Below, piece after piece: positions 57,230-64,000 of a DNA stretch of 64,000 bases. Numbering within the stretch: position 1 is the first letter of the stretch; each line of letters begins with the position of its first letter. This DNA is from Eledone cirrhosa (Eukaryota). The DNA is taken from assembly GCA_964016885.1 (NCBI GenBank), contig OZ024742.1, positions 352,408,001 to 352,472,000 of the forward strand. Reading direction: 5' to 3'. The notes beneath the pieces are model-generated. The model searched no databases, had not been told where the DNA came from, and worked only from the letters and a program-made list of their open reading frames with translations. A program made the translations under genes and the position numbers.

Positions 57230-57415
57230 GGTGAGCAAATGGGGTCCCACGTGCTGGCCTTCCTACAGCCCCGGCGGACAAGACGGGGAAGGTTTCGCCG
57301 GAGGATCGTAAGGGAGATGCGCTGGATGAGCCATTCCATGTGGCGAGACTCACACCTGCGGCTGGACAGCTTAGCACCTATGGTGGTGAATAGTGAGGTA
57401 GCCCCAGGGCCCGTA
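57230..57415 (-). pseudogene. 3' remnant of a CRE-like non-LTR element (restriction-like endonuclease tail)
   Basis: GPGATSLFTTIGAKL...EWLIQRISLTILRRN; similar to the C-terminus at 60311-60760. Confidence 0.6.
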
Positions 57416-57575
57416 CTTCTCTGTACTCTTATATATATACATATATATATATAATTATATATTCGTTTACCGATATTTTTGCATACACAATAACAACATA
57501 TAAACAAACGTATTTATTTCACGAGGCTCGAAAAGGATAAATATATATCAAATATATAAGAACCCTAGAGCAAAT

Positions 57576-57604
57576 CCCGAGCAGCGCAGGGCCATTCTGC
57601 TAGT
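57576..57604 (+). mobile_element. Helitron-like 3' terminus
   Basis: Imperfect GC hairpin cccgagcagcgcaggg about 10 nt upstream of CTAG|T. Confidence 0.5.
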
Positions 57605-58284
57605 ATATACTAAAATAATACTCTTTAACAAGATATGCTCGCGGCGCGTATTTTAACGTTCCTCTTCAATTTTGATTTTGTAAATTAACATATACCTCAC
57701 TGTAAACTACATATGTTTACATATACCAAGTATATCAATATATATACCTTGTGGTGTCTCTTTTAATATTATCTCTAATATAACATTGCTTCTATTGAGA
57801 ATTTAAATCCGTTCAAACAGATCAATATTATTAAATTCAGTATCTACAGAAAAGAATAATGACGTTTATCTAAAACTAGGCTGTCTTACCTCATTGAATA
57901 CACCTTTTAATAACATGTGTATAGCTTTTCAAAACAAGGATAAATATATTTATCTTTCATAAAGCACATTATACATTCCATTTTGGATTAACGGTTTTTG
58001 ATTTTGGTTTAAAGATACACAAAGAATGGTAAAACCATATATTTCTAAAGTCTTTATAACAACTGAAAATGTACAATTATTAAGTAATATATTTGCTGAA
58101 TATGCGCTTTGGCTTGGATTACGTTTCATAGATTTATAGGGAGAATAATTATGTTTGTAAATAGTTTAATATATTTACATTGATATTGCAAGAAGTGCTG
58201 AGCATCACTTGGCTGGAGCCAGAGGTAAATATGATGTTTGTACTTGAAACTCGGGAAATGAGATAGATGATCATTTACTGTAGC

Positions 58285-58287
<3 letters not shown>

Positions 58288-58315
<28 letters not shown>

Positions 58316-58500
58316 TAAGTAGTAGCAGCAGCAGCAGTAGGAGTAGTGGTATTGGTGTTTGTAGTATGATATATCAGCAGCAGTAGTAGTAGTAGTAGTA
58401 AAATTAGTAGTAGTAGTAGTAGTAGTAGTAGTAGCAGTACAAATAGTGTTAGTAGTAGTAGTAGTAGTACAAGTAGTGTCAGTAGTAGTATTAGTAGCAG
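58288..58500. repeat. (GTA)n/(GCA)n trinucleotide repeat
   Basis: Seen directly. Confidence 0.95.
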
Positions 58501-59179
58501 CGGTCGCCGCAGCATATATTATTAGTAATAGTTTTCCTTCAATGATTTAGAAAATTAAAAGATATCCAGTAAGGAGTAGTAGTATGTAGTATGTAGTTGT
58601 AGTAACATTGTGTTAACCACTCACCACAACATGTAGGGCATTATTTACAGGAGGAACCTGTTTATACTGACTCCAGACATGTTGCATAAGAGAATATGCC
58701 TATATACATTCTTCTCATCAGAAATATGAGAGTCTTGAAAATAACATTGGTTATTGACTTATAATTTTCAATAATCCCCCTTATATATTTTCATATAGTA
58801 TAGATTATTGGAGGTTTATAAAGAATCACGGAAATAGAAGGTACTTTGGTATTACAACTGTTTAACAGATTCAGCTAAACTTTTTCATTTATTTGTATTT
58901 CCTACGTTTTTTTAACAATGGAATTTTCTCTATCGTTACTGTTTGTACGTAGCTCCGTTGAAACGCACCCCCCTCACACACACACATAGACACACACCAA
59001 CGTACACACACACACACACACCTACACACGTATATATATATATATATATAATATTCAAAGGACTATTTACTATGTATTCATTACGTTTATTGATTCAATC
59101 TAATCTATAATAAAGGAATGTCTGCGGGATTGCGTACGGTTTATTTTTTTTTATCCCGTTTGTAAAATACTTTGAACAA

Positions 59180-59522
59180 ATAATTGTTTCTACTTTTGGC
59201 ACAAGGCCAGCAATTACCCAGTACATTAGTGGTACTTTATTTTATCGACCCCGTAAGGATGAAAGACAAATTTAACCTCGACGGGATTTTAACTCTGACC
59301 GTAAAGGGACGTAACTATGCTAGAAAGCATTGCGTCCGACCCTCTACCGATACTGCCAATTCACCGACTTTGAATAAATAATTGTTTCTACTTTTCGCAC
59401 AAGGCCAACAATTAATCAGTATATTACTGGTACTTTATTTTATCGACCCCGTAAGGATGAAAGTCAAAGTTAACCTCGGCGGGATTTGAATTCAGAATGG
59501 CAAGGGGCGTAACTCTACGCGT
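59180..59522 (-). mobile_element. Two tandem tRNA-derived SINE copies (59180-59366 and 59378-59522)
   Basis: Reverse complements of 48013-48203. Confidence 0.88.
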
Positions 59523-60310
59523 ACATGATTTATGTACTCAATTTAGTAAACAAAAATAATTTAGTAAAAATAAATAATTTCAAATTGATTTATTTTCAAA
59601 GTTGCACTTCCGGTATATCGTTGCCATCACCACCACTTCAACTACCATATAGAAAGAGAGAGTGTGTGATGAGAGGTATAGAAAGGTTATGACTTTCTAC
59701 ACGCTGACATCTATATGTATGAGTATATAACTATTATGAGTATATAACTATAATGGCGCAAACACAAACTTATAAATATACACTATCACGGACATAATTC
59801 ACACAAATACACATACTTCCACACAAATATACATAAATTCACACATACTTTCACACAAATACACATACATTCACACATACATTTACACAAACAGACATAC
59901 ATTCATACACACTTTCACAAATAGTTTCCCACAAAGATACACACATTCACACATATACATTTACACAAACACATATACAGTCATGATAGAGTTCGGTGAA
60001 TTGGAGATGGGAGGGTAAAACAAGTATAATGTTTTATTTATCTATTAACTCTTTATTTATTGCTTAACTCTTTATTTATTAACTCTTTTTCTTTTAAACT
60101 CATTTAATATAATGGTTACAGAACGAAAACAGTAACAAATATAATATATATAAAGGAAATGGAAAGGAAAAAAAGAAAGAGAAAAAATACACAAGCAGGT
60201 AATACACACATCTTAGACCGCATAGAACAAAATGCAGACTAAAGGGTGGAAAAACTAGCCGCTACCAGAGCAAAAGATAGCAATATAGCGAGGAGCCCCG
60301 CGAAACCCCT

Positions 60311-60760
60311 CTAATAAATTTTCAGCCAGGCCAACACGCTCGCAGCGTTACCTTGGGTGATGGCGAGGCTGAGGTCCTGGAACAACCAAGTGCCCCCACG
60401 AGCATCACCAGTTACCTCTGTTTGGCGAGCCGCCAGTGAAGATAAGAACCTCGTTGTCAGTAGCCCGACTCCCCCAATCGTCTCGAACGCCACAGGCTGG
60501 ATAATGTATTTAGCTAACCGAACACGATATTTTAGGACTTTGTTCCGTTCAGCTACGGATGCTATAGCTCTCGCCCTCACCGCTGCCTCCGGGATGTGGG
60601 GAGAAGCAAATGTGTCACTCAGTGTGACGGCCCAGGTAAGGAACCTGCCCCTTGACCAGGAGCACAGCGTAAGACCGTCAAGTTTCTCATCAATTCAGGA
60701 CAACCGAGACGGTTCCAAAATTGAGGGGATGTTTGCCCGGGTCAAATCTCTTGAGTGGTA
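60311..60760 (-). pseudogene. CRE-clade non-LTR retrotransposon 3' fragment (restriction-like endonuclease)
   Basis: LDGLTLCSWSRGRFLTWAVT..DTFA...AERNK..KY...PVAFETIG...WLFQDLSLAITQGNAASVL. Confidence 0.82.
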
Positions 60761-60963
60761 ATAAGAGAGTGTGTGTATGTGCACGCGCGTGAGTTTGTCG
60801 GAGTTCTTAAATTAGAGACACTTGTTTGTATCACTGTTTTTAAGTTAGGGACATATATGTGTGTATCCCTTTCCTTCCTTTTACACACACATACATTCAC
60901 ATAAACACACATAGACATTTCGTGATGGACGGGTGGACAGAAGTGCCTCACATTTATATACAT

Positions 60964-61570
60964 GTGAATGGAGTTCTACTGAAGTAGTTAGAGAGGTTCA
61001 AGTATCTTGGAGCCGTGTTCATAAGTGATGGAATGCAGGAGGCTGAATTAAATGCAAAAATTACAAAAGCTGATGCAATAAAGCGGCGGCCTCGGCGATC
61101 AGATCAAGAGGGGTAGGTGTAAAAGCAAAACTCGCTGTCTTCCTAGTATTTCTGCCAACTCTTACCGAGGATCATAAACCTTGAGTATTGACAAGAATAC
61201 AATTGCAAATAAAAGTGGCAGAAACGAGATTCCTCCGAAGGGTCTTAGGAGTAACGTTACTCGATAAAGTGCAAAACACAGAGACCAGAGAGTCACTCCT
61301 GGTAGAGCCGCTACTTCTCCGAATTGAGCGATCACAACTCCGATATTATGAACATGTGGTTAGAATATCTCAGTAAAGAATTGCTAGACACATTTTACAG
61401 GCAAAACTAACCGTCAAGAGACCCAGAGGTAGACCCTGAGCAAGATAGTTGGATAACATCCATGAGCTTGGCTGGTCATGCTTTGGGATCCAGCTGGATC
61501 AGTTAGAGATGGAAGGAGTGTTTTAGAAGGACTCTGCCGCCACGACCCTCTCAGAAATATGCGGGTGAGG
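60964..61570 (+). pseudogene. RTE-clade LINE 3' fragment, degenerate
   Basis: FKYLG, AETRFLRRVLGVTLLDKVQN, IERSQLRYYEHVVR, KRPRGRP. Confidence 0.85.
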
Positions 61571-61657
61571 AAGATATTTTCAATTTACTTTTCAATTTAC
61601 ATATATCTATATGCATATATATTTGCGTATAATAACAATATGCACACTACACGCGCC

Positions 61658-61692
61658 AGCAGAAAACCGCCCTGGGCGGTTTTTCTGCTAGT
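61658..61692 (+). other. GC-rich hairpin ending in CTAG|T, possible Helitron end
   Basis: agcagaaaaccgccc-t-gggcggtttttctgctagt. Confidence 0.4.
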
Positions 61693-61749
61693 AAAGGTGA
61701 TAAAAACATAACAAATCGTCTTTTTTTAATTATGATTACTTTGTGTTTA

Positions 61750-62437
61750 GTTCTACAAGGCTAGACCAACACTTAACTAAAAGGACGAAAAAACGGTCCA
61801 GTAGTATACGAACACGCCAAAAACAATACGACGGTAACATAGACAACATAGAAACCCAAACAAACAATACTGACCAAAGAGAAGTATAAATAATTAAATA
61901 AATAAATACATAAATAAATACATACATACACAAGCACAATAACAACAAACACATATAAACACACACTAGTAAACTAAGATAGAAAACAATAACCAAAACA
62001 CAGTCACCCAAACACGAACACACTTCAAACACTATACACACGCGCAAACGCTTGCGCGGAGAAGAAGACAAAGATAAATAAATTAATAAATAAACGGATT
62101 AAATAAAGATGGCGTAGACATACATTACAACAAGAGGAAACATAATAGCACCACTGACGATGTTGCAGATGTGCAACGAAAGAAATGTGTTAGAATATAT
62201 ATATTTGTTTGCGTCTATATTATATCTGTATTTTTTACTGTTGGTCAGTCAATGGTAACATTGAGGACCGAGTAAATTAAATTAACTAAAATAAAAGATA
62301 CAGAAGCGAAAACCAACCAAATAGTGAGTGTGTTCTATTATTAATTCAGGCAATATTATTACACAAAAATGACCCTCCGCAAGTATAACAATATTTGTTT
62401 CGACACACGATTTCATATCAAAAACCTCCCAAAACTA
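61750..62437 (+). mobile_element. Solo, diverged pLTR of the PLE3 family with hammerhead core at 62154-62181
   Basis: Collinear with 23474-24222; CTGACGA-t-gttgca(gatg)tgcaac-GAAA. Confidence 0.85.
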
Positions 62438-62438
62438 T

Positions 62439-62517
<79 letters not shown>
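62438..62517. repeat. (TAA)n microsatellite
   Basis: Seen directly. Confidence 0.97.
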
Positions 62518-62518
<1 letters not shown>

Positions 62519-64000
62519 GAAGACGCACGAGGTGGCGGAAGGTCATGAAATCGCTCCCGTAAGTTTTGAATTTTTAACATATTTAAATCATTTGTGAAAT
62601 AACAACTCTTTGTACAAATGCTACGTAAAGCATCCGGCTTGAGCCCCCAAACAAGTCGGACCCAAAATATATTGTTATAAGGCTCAGATATTCAAATATT
62701 CAACTTTGTATTGTACATTGTATATTCAAAAAAGAAAATGACTATAAATGGAAGAATAACCCCCCCCCCTCCTCTGTCTACGCTATATAGAACAGCCAAA
62801 CAAGACCAGAAATTAGATACAACACCTACCCCATCACCTCTCTATGTACACTAAACACAACAGCCAGATAACGGCAATTTCACCACCAACACTCACTACT
62901 GCCATCATTACCACCACTATCCCATCACCGCCGCCACCACTCCTTCATTGCTACCACCGCTACAGCACCATCACTACAGTAATACTATCACATCACCACC
63001 ACCACTGCCTCGGTATCGACATCACCACCACACTGTCTCAGTATCGATACCGCCGCTACAGTCTCCCTCATCTCCCCGCCTCCACCACTCCTTCAATGCT
63101 ACCACCACTATTCCCCTGTTAACTTGAGAGAGAAAGGGGAAGGTGGCGGTATCACTAGACAAGGGAGAGGCTAGCAAAATATATAAATAGATTGACTTAG
63201 TGACCTGGCCAAGGCCAAACGTCAGCATCAACAACTATGGAACTGCTGGCTCACCCCTTCCTCACCAACAATATAAAAAGCGCCGGCACCACCACCGACA
63301 TAGCCAGCAACAATAACAGCCAACTACAACAAAAAGTATATTATATTATTATAATGCACTGGGTGATTGCTGGCCTTGTGCCTGGAGTGGAGACAATTAT
63401 TAATAATTTCATTCTTAAGCCACGCAATGCTCATATTAAGGAACCACTCATGATAATAACAATTTAAAAAAAACAACAAAAAGAAAACCCCGTGACCAAG
63501 AAATACCGGGATGGCGGCCGGCGGGGAATAGCCGTGTCTCTAGGGGAGAACGACCCCTCTAGTCTTGGTTGACACTCGTTCTAGAAGTGGTAACACGAAA
63601 TGATTACCCCTTGGCGGATAAGGATAAAACGCGAAAAAACAAAGTAAATGTCTAATGATAAAATCTCATACCGGATCGGCCATCACCCGGGTAAAAAAGG
63701 GCCGCGTCCCTCAGAAAGGAACCACACTGGGGTCGAAAAATCAGCTAATGGTTCAAACCTTCCCATCACTTCGGAGCTGGAGACCTCCCATAACCGGAAT
63801 ACTCCTACTGTTGGCCCTCCATGCTCACCACCAAGAAATCCAAAGAAAAAGAGAAAAATGGTCAAGGGAAGATAATAAAGAAGTCCTTGAAGCTTTCTAC
63901 ACTGCCATGTACTACCCATCAAATACATCGAATACAGAACAGACATATATCAACTGGAAAAAGAAACATCCCGAAAACAGAGGCTATATTGACAGTAACA

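Noticed and set aside
58182-58278. Possible minus-strand exon next to the (GTA)n repeat
   Set aside because: Weak donor and no protein similarity
63515-63525. GGCCGGC matching the HDV ribozyme P1 strand
   Set aside because: No complementary P1 strand or nested pseudoknot found downstream

Overview
AT-rich eukaryotic repeat desert, most likely from a cephalopod (Octopus-like; inferred from repeat content). No host gene is convincingly supported, and most long ORFs in the track are (TA)n translation artefacts (YIYI...). The window is a chain of (TA)n microsatellites interrupted by mobile elements. These include five Penelope-like retroelement (PLE) fragments encoding RT and/or GIY-YIG endonuclease (two with inverted pLTRs), CR1-group LINEs (one near full length), RTE and CRE fragments, a bipartite non-autonomous RTE derivative, tRNA-derived SINEs and Helitron-like ends. 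The ORF track does not show the most striking signal: about 30 hammerhead-ribozyme motifs (CUGANGA...GAAA...NUH), folded by hand, from roughly a dozen unrelated families. They sit in PLE pLTRs, in short non-coding tandem arrays (retrozyme-like) and in near-perfect palindromes with outward-facing ribozyme pairs. Three unrelated families share a compensatory U3-A8 core (UUGANAA). Coordinates were counted by hand and may be off by a few bases. Ribozyme activity is predicted, not shown.
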